In this document: positions 1 to 8,631 of the stretch, piece by piece
How positions within the stretch are numbered: position 1 is the stretch's first letter
How the letters are laid out: each line of letters starts with the position of its first letter
Assembly: GCA_030039105.1 (NCBI GenBank)
Contig: JASHQO010000534.1
Span: 1-32,144, forward strand
Length of the DNA: 32,144 bases
Direction: 5' to 3'
Origin: Xanthobacteraceae bacterium
GTDB taxonomy: Bacteria > Pseudomonadota > Alphaproteobacteria > Rhizobiales > Xanthobacteraceae
Notes under the pieces: generated by a model
Databases searched by the model: none
The model's input: only the letters and a program-made list of their open reading frames with translations
Told to the model about the DNA's origin: nothing
Translations under genes and position numbers: made by a program

Positions 1-924
1 ATCTTCCGTCGTCCATTCGGCCAGGCTGCGCGCCAGCGCCGCGGGACGCAGCGGACCGGACCGCAGATTCTCCGACTCATAGTCGCGCCGCTGCAGCTCG
101 ACGACGAGATAGTCGTCGGAATCGGTCAGCGCCGCCACATTGCGCGACGGGCACAGCTCGGGAACGAACGAATAGTCCCATGACGCGCCGACGGTGAAAT
201 CGCTCACCTCGGGATGGATCGCGATCGGATGCATCAGATAGAACCGCCCGATCAGCGTATTCTCGTCGACGCGCCAGAACAGCCGGTTGGTGTGGTCGTT
301 ATGGGTCAGGCCGAAATCGACGATGTTGGCTACCGTGGCCGGATGCAGGTGCGCGAGCGACCATCCGACCAGGTCGCGGGGGCGCAGCACGATCTCGTGG
401 GCGGCGCGGTCGATCTGCTGCCGCAACAGCGGTGCCGCTTCCTCGGCGACGACCTGAAAGTTGCCGGCAAGCACGGTGCCGGCGCCCCGGCGGATCGTCC
501 GCAGCACGGTCTTCAGCGAGCCGTCGGCGACGAGATAATCCGACATCAGGAAAATGAAACACGTGTCGCGCAGCGTCTCGCCGGCCTGCCGCAACGCGCG
601 TTCGAAGGCGAGCGTGATCGTCGCCGTGTGGTTACCCTCGGTGATGATGTCGTCGATAGCGTGAAACTCGACGATGCAATGCCGCTCAAGCTTCTGCCAC
701 GCCGGCTGCGAGCGGACGACCGCCTCGTCGGCCGCGCTCGACAACAAGACGAAACGGCAGGGCAGCTCTTTGGCCAGCGCCGGGACGTTGTTCGGCGCCA
801 AGAGCGTCGGCAGGCAAAATTCCAGGAACCGGCCGATGAATTGGTTGCCCCAGACCGGCATCAGGAGCGTGATTTGCTTGAGCGCACGCTCGACCGGTGC
901 TGCTTTTTCCGCGGTGTCGCTCAT
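1..924 (-). CDS. Hypothetical protein (C-terminus cut by the left window edge); paralog of right-edge ORF 31730..32144; possible sugar transferase of unassigned family
   Basis: Absent from the supplied ORF track because no stop lies inside the window. Reverse-strand ATG at 924-922 has GGAAGG 9 nt upstream. It is followed by 308 open, GC3-rich codons to position 1: MSDTAEKAAPVERALKQITLLMPVWGNQFIGRFLEFCLPTLLAPNNVPALAKELPCRFVLLSSAADE...DTCFIFLMSDYLVADGSL. The + strand ORF 214..1095 over it is an Arg-rich antisense shadow. Confidence 0.75.
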   Translation of the reverse strand, partial: MSDTAEKAAPVERALKQITLLMPVWGNQFIGRFLEFCLPTLLAPNNVPALAKELPCRFVLLSSAADEAVVRSQPAWQKLERHCIVEFHAIDDIITEGNHTATITLAFERALRQAGETLRDTCFIFLMSDYLVADGSLKTVLRTIRRGAGTVLAGNFQVVAEEAAPLLRQQIDRAAHEIVLRPRDLVGWSLAHLHPATVANIVDFGLTHNDHTNRLFWRVDENTLIGRFYLMHPIAIHPEVSDFTVGASWDYSFVPELCPSRNVAALTDSDDYLVVELQRRDYESENLRSGPLRPAALARSLAEWTTED

Positions 925-1051
925 CGGCGAAGGCCTTCCGGGGCGGCTTGTCTTCGCTTCATCGTTGCCGCGACAAGATTTTCGCGGCGCATGATAGAGA
1001 GACGGATTTTCGCAAGCAAGGCAACGGCCGTCATGCCCGACGCGATCCCGT

Positions 1052-2149
1052 TCAAAGCTGCAGCCACCACGCGCCGAGCAGAAGCGCGATCATGATGATG
1101 GCCGTTGCCAAGGCCGATACGGCAGCGATCAATACGACGTAGCGCCGCTCCACAATGTGCCGCGAAGTCCCGGCCGACTTGGTCTCGGGCAACGTAGGCG
1201 TGCGTTGCTCGCTGTCGGCAACTGCGCGCTCGGTGGCCTTGCGCATCGCGCCGTCGTCGGCCGCCGCGCCTTCATCGGGCTCCAGCAGTGCGGCCAACTT
1301 GCGCGGCCGGGCGCCGCGCCGCGCCGCGTCGAGGATGTTCGGCTGCAGCACGGTCCAATAGCGTCGGTTTAGCGCCGGGTCGCTCGATCGGGTGCCGGTG
1401 TTGACGTCGATCGGCGGGACGAAGGGAATGTCGAGCGTCTTTTTGAAGGCGACCAGGATCGCATAGTCGGAGATGTCGTGCTGTCGCAATGCCGCTCGCG
1501 CCTGCGGCGCATAGTTTCGGTTGAAATCGAGAATATTCTCCGGGATCGGATAGCTGTTGCCGCCGTAGTAAAAGCTCATATAGAGCCATTTGTAGTCGTT
1601 GCTGCGCGCCAGGTACCAGAAGAACTTCGGATTGTAGTTGACCAGCCCGTGATTGAGCATGCCGCCGGCGGGCAGGTGGTGAATCATGACCGCGCCGGGC
1701 GCGGCGAGGTCATGCACTATCTTGAACGCGTTCATCTGATTGCAAACGTGCTCGGTGGTGCCCAAATTCGTCACCAGGCCGTATTTGCCACGCAAGTCGC
1801 CGGGCACCCGATCGTAGTTCAAGTCAAGCGGGATGCTTCCCGGGCTGCCGTCGACGTCGATCGAGGTATAGTCGAACCCGAGCGCAATCCAGAAATCGCG
1901 GGCGAAAGGCGCGGCGTCATCGAGCAGCTCCATGTGTTCGATTGATACCGTCGCCGGCCCCGGCACCGGCAACACGTACGGCCGCGCAGCTCCGAATGCG
2001 GCTTCGGCGCGGCGGACCAGATCGTCGGATCGCAAGAAGCTGTTCGAGAGCTGCTGCGCCCCAAGCTCGGCGACGTAGCGATTGAGCGGAATATGCTTCT
2101 GCCGCCGCAGCTCGATCAAAAGCTCGAGATCATGTTGACTGATGCCCAA
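1052..2149 (-). CDS. Putative SAM-dependent methyltransferase-like protein with a C-terminal transmembrane anchor
   Basis: 365-aa ORF. TTG at 2149 is the first possible start after an in-frame stop. Rossmann-MTase-like motifs: VAELGAQQ, LVTNLGTTEHVCNQ, PGAVMIHHLPAGG. The C-terminus is one hydrophobic helix, VVLIAAVSALATAIIMIALLLGAWWL. The ORF is secure; the function is moderately supported. Confidence 0.5.
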   Translation of the reverse strand: MGISQHDLELLIELRRQKHIPLNRYVAELGAQQLSNSFLRSDDLVRRAEAAFGAARPYVLPVPGPATVSIEHMELLDDAAPFARDFWIALGFDYTSIDVDGSPGSIPLDLNYDRVPGDLRGKYGLVTNLGTTEHVCNQMNAFKIVHDLAAPGAVMIHHLPAGGMLNHGLVNYNPKFFWYLARSNDYKWLYMSFYYGGNSYPIPENILDFNRNYAPQARAALRQHDISDYAILVAFKKTLDIPFVPPIDVNTGTRSSDPALNRRYWTVLQPNILDAARRGARPRKLAALLEPDEGAAADDGAMRKATERAVADSEQRTPTLPETKSAGTSRHIVERRYVVLIAAVSALATAIIMIALLLGAWWLQL

Positions 2150-2220
2150 TTGGCGTCATCCGGAAAATTAATCCGCGAATTCATTAGCATCGCGGGTTGA
2201 GCCGGACAATCGCCGGGCGC

Positions 2221-3627
2221 TCAGCCGGCGGCAGCGCCGGACAGTGCATTCCGCCGCTGCTGGCGCTCGCGCCAAGCCTGCAGATGTGCGGACAGTCGGC
2301 GGCGCAGATAGCGGCGGCACGGCATTTCGATCAGCCGGTAGGTGGCGCTCGCCATGATGATCGAAAAGACTACCGCCACCGGAATTCTGATCAAAGCTTC
2401 GATGCCGTTGGCGAGATTGAACTCCACGGCAGGACGCAAAAAGGCTCGCAGCGTCCAGGTATGCACCGCGTAGATCGAATAACTGATCTCGCCCAAGGCA
2501 ACCAATGCGGGCGCCGCGAGCAGCCGACCGACCGCGCTGTCATAGCGCGACACGCAGAAGATCACGGTGGCAAGCGGGACGGCGGGGCCGAAATTCAGAT
2601 TGAAGAAGCGAATGTAGCGGTCGAGCAACGGATCGGTGGTGCTGATGGCCTCGCTGGCGCCGATCAGCACCAGCACCGCAAGCGCGGCCCACAGCGCGAC
2701 AGACCCCCATCGGCGCTCCACCGCATCGACCGGCCGGCCGGCCAATAGCATGTAAAGCTGCGCAGTCAGGCAGCCGAGCACGAATTCCAGCACGCGGACA
2801 TAGGGCGAATAGTAGAACAGCCAGCGGTGGAAGCCGTAATCTTTGTCGGTCAGGGCCGAATCGTCCGTCACGCATCGGCGGGCCAAGTCGATGATGTCGG
2901 CGCGGTGCACCTCGGCCACGTCCAGCACAAGGAACACCGCGAGCGAGACGATGACGATCGCCAGCATCGTTGCATAGGGTGTGCGCAGGCGGAACAGCGC
3001 GAAAACGAATACGACGTAGCAGCAATAGAAGAACCATTCGGTGGAGACCGACCAGCCGAGCCCGAAGCCGTTCTCGAGGAGAAGCCTGTGATTGACGACG
3101 ATGATATAGAACCAAGACTGAGTCATCGTCAGCGAAGTGACGACGACCTTGAAGAAATCGGCCAGATAATCGTGCAGCCAGTTCACCATGAAGTCGCTGA
3201 TGACGCCAACGACGACGCAAAACAGATACAACGGATAGAGTCTGGCAAATCGCGCGATGAAGAACTCGGCCGTGGCGAACCGCCATGAGCGCTCGCGGAA
3301 CAGGGCGCCATAATTGTAGTGGATGACGAAGCCGGAAAGCACGAAGAAGAGCGGCATGCCGTAAACGCCGATCACCGCGATGGAGGAGCTGATCGGATTG
3401 CGGCTGGTGAATGGCGCCGTCCAGGCGATCGTATGCGACACCAGGATCGACGCCGCAGCGAGGAATCGCAAACCGGTGAGCGCATCGACCCTGTCGCGCA
3501 AGTCCAGCCCGGTGGTGCTGCTGTCTCGAGCCGTCACAGCAATCGGCGCTCCGCTGCGGCCGCAAATTTTGCCGCAAGGCGCGGCGTGTTGACTTTCGCC
3601 GACCCGGCCCCGGCCGAGCCGAGGCAT
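2221..3627 (-). CDS. Acyltransferase family 3 (membrane O-acyltransferase)
   Basis: The track ORF is 2221..3849. I prefer ATG at 3627-3625 because a start at 3849 would overlap the divergent gene at 3764. The family N-terminal motif (ALTGLRFLAAASILVSH) follows shortly after Met75. Other motifs: LFFVLSGFVIHYNY, FFIARFARLYPLY. Multiple hydrophobic helices throughout. Confidence 0.8.
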   Translation of the reverse strand: MPRLGRGRVGESQHAAPCGKICGRSGAPIAVTARDSSTTGLDLRDRVDALTGLRFLAAASILVSHTIAWTAPFTSRNPISSSIAVIGVYGMPLFFVLSGFVIHYNYGALFRERSWRFATAEFFIARFARLYPLYLFCVVVGVISDFMVNWLHDYLADFFKVVVTSLTMTQSWFYIIVVNHRLLLENGFGLGWSVSTEWFFYCCYVVFVFALFRLRTPYATMLAIVIVSLAVFLVLDVAEVHRADIIDLARRCVTDDSALTDKDYGFHRWLFYYSPYVRVLEFVLGCLTAQLYMLLAGRPVDAVERRWGSVALWAALAVLVLIGASEAISTTDPLLDRYIRFFNLNFGPAVPLATVIFCVSRYDSAVGRLLAAPALVALGEISYSIYAVHTWTLRAFLRPAVEFNLANGIEALIRIPVAVVFSIIMASATYRLIEMPCRRYLRRRLSAHLQAWRERQQRRNALSGAAAG

Positions 3628-3763
3628 CGGTTCCGAGCGCAGTTTTATCGGGCTCCGCAGCGTGGCGCAACGTATTGAGCATGCATTGCCTTTGGCTGTT
3701 GGTTGCGCGACCCGGATCGGTGTTGTTACAAACTGACCTAGGCGATGTGGGGCAGGGGCCCGG
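3628..3763. promoter_or_regulatory. Divergent intergenic region between the two acyltransferase-3 paralogs, with an inverted repeat
   Basis: 136-bp non-coding gap between head-to-head genes. It contains GCGCAAC (3665-3671) and GTTGCGC (3702-3708) separated by 30 nt, with a GCATGC palindrome at 3679-3684. Promoter and operator roles are inferred only from position. Confidence 0.3.
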
Positions 3764-5437
3764 ATGTCGACGATTGCCGCTTTGGATTCCGCTGCGACGG
3801 CCCTCGACGCTCCGGCCCTGCAGTCGGCCGGGCCCATCGTCCGCGGCACGTCGCCGGTCCACCCGCATATTGCCGCGCTCGACGGGCTGCGCTTCTTCGC
3901 CGCCTTCAGCGTGATGGTCGGACACGGCTACTGGTACATCGTGCTGCTGCAACAGTCGCAGACGGCGCTGACCCCCTTCGATAATTTGATGCTCAGTGGC
4001 GCCAGCGTCGGCATGACATTGTTTTTCGCGCTGAGCGGCTTTGTCATCCACTTCAATTACCACAAGACGGTGCCGGCGGGCGTGTCGGGCAAGCTCGATT
4101 TCTTCATCGCGCGCTTCGCCCGGCTGTATCCGCTGTTCTTGCTGGTGTTCGGCTACGATTTTTTCACGCTATTGTGGACCCAGGGCTATTTTTCCGGCTA
4201 CGTGTTCTCGCTGTACGACGCGTTCAGGCCGCTGCCGCTCTATCTGACGTTCACGCAGACCTGGTGGTGGTGGCCGATCGGGGCGACGACGGCGTACGAT
4301 TACTACAGCACCTGGACGACCGGCGCGACCGGCGCGATGTGGTCGCTGTCGACGGAGGCGTTTTTCTATTTCGCCTATCTGTTTTGCGCCGCCGCGCTGG
4401 CGCGTTTGGCCGGCCGCTGGCTTGTGATCGTCGGCGTCGCTGCTGTGGTTTATGGACTGGTCTACTATATTTTCGGCTGGTTCCATTCCAACACGTGGAG
4501 CGGTTGGGCCGCCGTGCATTATCCAGAAGCCCAGCCCAACGAATTTACCCACTGGATCCTGTTTCAATCGCCCTACGGCAGAATGTCCGAGTTTCTGCTC
4601 GGCGCGGTCGCGGCGCAGGTCCTTCTGGTGCGCACCGGAAAGAGCGAGAGCGGCACGACGGCGAAACTGCTGACCTACGGCAGCCTCGTCATTTTTCTCG
4701 GCGCCGTGGCGGCGGTTTTCGGCCGGGCCGATAACCCATTCGTCACCATCTGCACCCAGTGCTGCGCGGCATTCGTTGCCATCCTCATCTTTGCCGCCGC
4801 GCGTTACCGGTCGTGGCTGTCGACCTTTCTTTCCACTCCTCTTCTGGTCAAGCTCGGCAATGCGAGCTATTCGCTCTATCTTCTGCACTATTTCATCCTG
4901 CACGATTATGGGCAGTTGCTCGTCGTACGGTATCCGGGAATCTCACGCTGGACGATCTACATCGGCATGATGATCGTCGCGCTCATCGTGTCCTACATTT
5001 CATACATGGTGATCGAGCGTCCGGCGATACGGTGGGTCCGCGCCAATTTCCGCTCTTTGCGCATGATCGTTTGGCTGCCCGTGCTGCTGACGTTGATCAC
5101 GCTGTTCAGTGTGCTGATCTCCATCCACATGCGCGCGTTGGCCCGTTCCGAGACGATGCAGCCTCCGGGCCGTATCGCTGTTTCGTCGGCAAGCTTCGGC
5201 GAGAATTGCGACGCGAAGCTTCACGACAATATCCTCGGCCTGATGCGGCGGGCCTGCAACGGCCAAGCCTCATGCGACTTCGTCTACGACGTGATGAAGA
5301 TAAGAGATCCGGCAGGCGGATGCGTGAAGCGCTTCCAGGTCCTGTATTCCTGCGGCTCGAACGACAGCCCGCGCGAATTCCTGATGCCGGAATTCACCCG
5401 CCCGCAGATGCGGATCGCATTTGCTTGCACGCGATAG
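3764..5437 (+). CDS. Acyltransferase family 3 fused to a C-terminal Cys-patterned SUEL-lectin-like domain
   Basis: 557 aa. AT3 motifs: LDGLRFFAAFSVMVGH, LFFALSGFVIHFNY, FFIARFARLYPLF. An extra TM (MIVWLPVLLTLITLFSVLISI) precedes an ~89-aa tail (nt 5168-5434): GRIAVSSASFGENCDAKLHDNILGLMRRACNGQASCDFVYDVMKIRDPAGGCVKRFQVLYSC. Confidence 0.85.
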   Translation: MSTIAALDSAATALDAPALQSAGPIVRGTSPVHPHIAALDGLRFFAAFSVMVGHGYWYIVLLQQSQTALTPFDNLMLSGASVGMTLFFALSGFVIHFNYHKTVPAGVSGKLDFFIARFARLYPLFLLVFGYDFFTLLWTQGYFSGYVFSLYDAFRPLPLYLTFTQTWWWWPIGATTAYDYYSTWTTGATGAMWSLSTEAFFYFAYLFCAAALARLAGRWLVIVGVAAVVYGLVYYIFGWFHSNTWSGWAAVHYPEAQPNEFTHWILFQSPYGRMSEFLLGAVAAQVLLVRTGKSESGTTAKLLTYGSLVIFLGAVAAVFGRADNPFVTICTQCCAAFVAILIFAAARYRSWLSTFLSTPLLVKLGNASYSLYLLHYFILHDYGQLLVVRYPGISRWTIYIGMMIVALIVSYISYMVIERPAIRWVRANFRSLRMIVWLPVLLTLITLFSVLISIHMRALARSETMQPPGRIAVSSASFGENCDAKLHDNILGLMRRACNGQASCDFVYDVMKIRDPAGGCVKRFQVLYSCGSNDSPREFLMPEFTRPQMRIAFACTR

Positions 5438-5453
5438 CGATCAGGTTGCGGTC

Positions 5454-6350
5454 TCATCGACGGCGCGCGATGACATACATGATGTCGAACATGTTGACGG
5501 TGACGCGCAGATCGAACACGCGCCAGCGGCTCAAGGCATTGTAGAGGCCGCTCTTCCGTGTCCGCCAGACCAGGACGTAATAGAGGATCGAACGCAGATT
5601 CCGCGAGATTCCGGGATGGCTGAGATGCATGACGTCGAAGCCATGCCGCTCGAGCAGCAGCCGCATGGTCGCGGCTGAGAAATAGTGCAGATGGGTCGGC
5701 GGATGGATCATCCGCCACTTGGCGCCGCGCAACCGTGCATTCAGGCTACCGATGTCGCCCGTGGTCAGCGCCAGCACGCCGCCCGGCTCGAGGTCGACAT
5801 GGATTTTCTCAACGAAAAGGTCGGGACGCTGCAGGTGCTCCACGGTGTCCCACATGACGATGGCGCGGTATTTTTTGCCGAGCGGGCGATTGAGATAGTC
5901 GCCCTGCGCGATATCGAGCGCGAAGCGGCCGCGGCCATAGGCGGTCGCTTCGCCTGAAATATCCAGTCCCGCGACCGATCTTACAAAATGCCTTGCTTCG
6001 TCGAGAAAAAAGCCGTAGGCGCAGCCGATCTCGAACATGTCGCGCTCGTGCAGGTCCGGAGCGATGCGCGCTAAGGTGCGCAGCCGGGCCCTGAAATTCA
6101 GCCGCAGGCTTTCTTCTTCGGCGACGTAGTCGAGGTATTCGTCGCCGTGAAAATAGCCGCGCTCATAGAGCTTCGCTATATCTTCCTCAGTAAGATTGAG
6201 ATTGGCGGAGACGAAGCCGCATCGCGTGCATGCGACCAGGCCGGGCGGGTGGCTCGGTTGCGTGGCGCCGCCGCAGACCAGACAATTCGCGCTCGCGATG
6301 CCGGGAGCAAGGGCCGGCGGCGCGGCGAATCGGGCGACGTCTTCGGTCAC
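5454..6350 (-). CDS. Class I SAM-dependent methyltransferase with an N-terminal CxxC...CxxC zinc ribbon
   Basis: The track ORF extends to 6545. I prefer GTG at 6350-6348, which overlaps the upstream gene's TGA (GTGA, 6350-6347). Motifs: CLVCGG...CTRCGF, MFEIGCAYGFFLDEA (motif I), VAGLDIS, IVMWDTVEHL, LEPGGVLAL. Confidence 0.8.
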   Translation of the reverse strand: MTEDVARFAAPPALAPGIASANCLVCGGATQPSHPPGLVACTRCGFVSANLNLTEEDIAKLYERGYFHGDEYLDYVAEEESLRLNFRARLRTLARIAPDLHERDMFEIGCAYGFFLDEARHFVRSVAGLDISGEATAYGRGRFALDIAQGDYLNRPLGKKYRAIVMWDTVEHLQRPDLFVEKIHVDLEPGGVLALTTGDIGSLNARLRGAKWRMIHPPTHLHYFSAATMRLLLERHGFDVMHLSHPGISRNLRSILYYVLVWRTRKSGLYNALSRWRVFDLRVTVNMFDIMYVIARRR

Positions 6351-7603
6351 AGACGCTGATCCAGATTTCGCTCCGACTCGGCGTGCCGGAAATTCGGCAA
6401 AACGTTGGCGATCGCGCGCGCCAACGCGTCCTTGGCAATGGCCCGATCGGGTTCGTTTACCCAGCACGCGATGTCGTCGAATAATTTTTGCGCGGCGGCG
6501 TTGCTCGGGACGTGGCGCAACGCGGATATGCTGCCGAGCCCGCAATCGGTGACGCTCTCTCCGGCGTCGACGAACTCCTCGAAGGGTTTTTCGCCGCCGG
6601 TATCGAGCGGTGTCAGCAGCAACGGCCAGCGCCCCTCCCGCGCCAGCCGCTCGACGTCGTTGCGCGCGCGCGCTTCGTCGTCGTAGCGCTCGGGCAACAG
6701 GCCCCAGTAATCAAGGCAGGCGCAGGCAACGTCTTCGAGGAGCTGCAGTTGAAATTTCGTGTCGGTCCGCGGTACAGCGATATGAGTGCCCGGAATCCGG
6801 CATGCGGCGATCAGGCAAAGCTCTGCCGCCTCGCCGTGGGAGATGAAGTAGCGCCTAGTATCGCGCGGCACCGCAAGCGGTTGCTGCTTGGCCAGGCGAT
6901 AACCAAAACCTTGCAGCAGGCTGCCGTTCGAGAATGCCACATTGGCAAATCGCGCCGAGGTCGACGCCTGATAGCCGGCGGCGGCCGCGTCGAAGACCAA
7001 ATCTTCCATCAGGCGCTTGTTGGCCCCCATCAGGCTCACCGGATTGGCCGCCTTGTCGGTCGAGACCGCAAAATAGGTCGCGCCGTGGCGGCGATCGGCA
7101 AGCCAGCGCTTGAAACGGATATGCCGGACCACGTTGGTATCGAACATCTGCAGGACGGAATAGATGTCCTTTTCCGACCGCACATGCTTGAGCGCCGCGA
7201 AATTGAGCACCACGTCGTAGGGCGGCACGTCGCGCAAGAGCCGCGCCATCACCGGGCCGCCGTAGTCGAGCGGCAGTGCGCGAAAGTCAATATCGGGAAT
7301 GCCGGTGGGTCGGCCGCGCAAGGTGCGAACGAGCTCGGCGAGCGAGTTCTCGTTGTGATCGGCGACGTGCAGCGCCGCCGGCGGATCGTCGAGCAGCAGC
7401 TCGACCGTGGCCGCACCGATGGAACCCGCGCCGCCGATCACCAGAATCCGGCGGCCGTGAATTTTTGCGGTGATGGCGTCGCGGCTTGCCGCGAGGTCGC
7501 CCGCGAACAGGGACGCGGTCCGCCCGGTGACGATCGCGGTGAGTTCCGCGGTTTCCGTTCCGGCGAGGCAGGCGGGCGTGCTGGCGCGGTCTGCCCGGTT
7601 CAT
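6347..7603 (-). CDS. CapD/WbqV-type polysaccharide biosynthesis SDR (nucleotide-sugar 4,6-dehydratase/epimerase family)
   Basis: Only the last 418 codons of track ORF 6347..8932 look real. ATG at 7603-7601 overlaps the upstream TGA (ATGA). Motifs: RILVIGGAGSIGAAT, NFAALKHVRSEKD, AVSTDKAANPVSLMGANKRLME. Confidence 0.8.
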   Translation of the reverse strand: MNRADRASTPACLAGTETAELTAIVTGRTASLFAGDLAASRDAITAKIHGRRILVIGGAGSIGAATVELLLDDPPAALHVADHNENSLAELVRTLRGRPTGIPDIDFRALPLDYGGPVMARLLRDVPPYDVVLNFAALKHVRSEKDIYSVLQMFDTNVVRHIRFKRWLADRRHGATYFAVSTDKAANPVSLMGANKRLMEDLVFDAAAAGYQASTSARFANVAFSNGSLLQGFGYRLAKQQPLAVPRDTRRYFISHGEAAELCLIAACRIPGTHIAVPRTDTKFQLQLLEDVACACLDYWGLLPERYDDEARARNDVERLAREGRWPLLLTPLDTGGEKPFEEFVDAGESVTDCGLGSISALRHVPSNAAAQKLFDDIACWVNEPDRAIAKDALARAIANVLPNFRHAESERNLDQRL

Positions 7604-8631
7604 AGCCGTTCCACACTTTCGCCCATGACCGTGCCGCTCTGCGCGACGGGCGCGATCGCCGTCCGCTCGGCCCCTTCGCATCGCGCTGGCCTGCCGCGGA
7701 TGTAACGGTGGTTGGCGATATATCGGGGCCGGCCTTTCACCTCGTCGAAAATCAAGCCGATATATTCGCCGATGACGCCGAGAAAGAACAATTGCACGCC
7801 GCTCAGGAAGCACAGCGCGGCGATCAATGAGGCCCAGCCCGGCACATCGATCGTGCCGAGCATATAGAACACGATCTCGAGGAAACCGCCGAGAAAGCTC
7901 ATAAAGGCGATAACCATCCCCAAGGCGACGCAAAAGCGCAGCGGAAATTTCGAGAACGAGCAGATGCCGTTGAGCGCGAAATTGACGAGCGTCGACGGGC
8001 GATAGTGCGAACGTCCGCCCGGCCGGGCATTGGGAACGAACGGCACGTGGACAATGTTGAAGCCGACCCAGGACACTAGGCCGCGCAGGAACGGATTTCG
8101 TTCGGTGATCTGGGCGCGTACGACTTCGGCGACGCGCTGCGACAGCAGCCGGTAGTCGGACGCGCCGGTCGGCAAATCCACCGCGCCGACGCGCTGCAGC
8201 AAGGAATAGAACCAGCGCGAGGTCAGGCGTTTGACGAGGCCGGTCTCGCGGCGGTCCTGGCGCACCATCTGCACGATGTCGGCGCCGTTCTCCCATTGCT
8301 CGACGATGCCGGCAATGAGCTCGGGTGGGTGCTGCAGGTCGCTGTCGAGCATGACGACGGCGTCGCCGCGGCTGCAGTCGATCCCCGCGATCAGCGCCGC
8401 CTGATGTCCGAAGCGCCGCGACATCACGATCACCTCGACCCGCGGATCGCGCGCGCTGATCGCTTGCAGCAGCGGCTCGGTCCTGTCCGGCGACGGGTCG
8501 AGCACGTAGACGATGCGGATGCGATAACGCTGTTCCAGCGGCTGCAATGCCGCCGCGAGCTGGCGATGGAAGAGCTCGATCATCTCTTCCTCGCGAAACA
8601 CCGGACACACGACGTCGAGGCTTCGCATCAT
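7600..8631 (-). CDS. GT2 polyprenyl-phosphate glycosyltransferase (GtrB / ArnC / DPM1-like)
   Basis: 343 aa. The N-terminal GT2 core has VVCPVFREEE, VLDPSPDRT, VMLDSDLQHPPE. Two C-terminal TMs end in the family hallmark LSGVQLFFLGVIGEYIGLIFDEVKGRPRYI. ATGA overlaps at both ends (8631-8628 and 7603-7600). Confidence 0.8.
   Translation of the reverse strand: MMRSLDVVCPVFREEEMIELFHRQLAAALQPLEQRYRIRIVYVLDPSPDRTEPLLQAISARDPRVEVIVMSRRFGHQAALIAGIDCSRGDAVVMLDSDLQHPPELIAGIVEQWENGADIVQMVRQDRRETGLVKRLTSRWFYSLLQRVGAVDLPTGASDYRLLSQRVAEVVRAQITERNPFLRGLVSWVGFNIVHVPFVPNARPGGRSHYRPSTLVNFALNGICSFSKFPLRFCVALGMVIAFMSFLGGFLEIVFYMLGTIDVPGWASLIAALCFLSGVQLFFLGVIGEYIGLIFDEVKGRPRYIANHRYIRGRPARCEGAERTAIAPVAQSGTVMGESVERL

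Noticed and set aside
214-1095. 293-aa + strand ORF from the track
   Set aside because: It is Arg/Asp/Gln-rich with no motifs and lies exactly antisense to a well-behaved GC3-rich - strand gene (1..924). This is a typical shadow ORF in high-GC DNA.
3628-3849. N-terminal extension of the acyltransferase ORF to the track start at 3849
   Set aside because: It would overlap the divergent gene start at 3764 and adds 74 residues with no family similarity. The internal ATG at 3627 fits better.
2540-4063. 507-aa - strand ORF overlapping both acyltransferase genes
   Set aside because: The translation is low-complexity and Arg/Pro/Gly-rich. It is an alternative frame of the acyltransferase-3 gene and antisense to the next one, with no domain signal.
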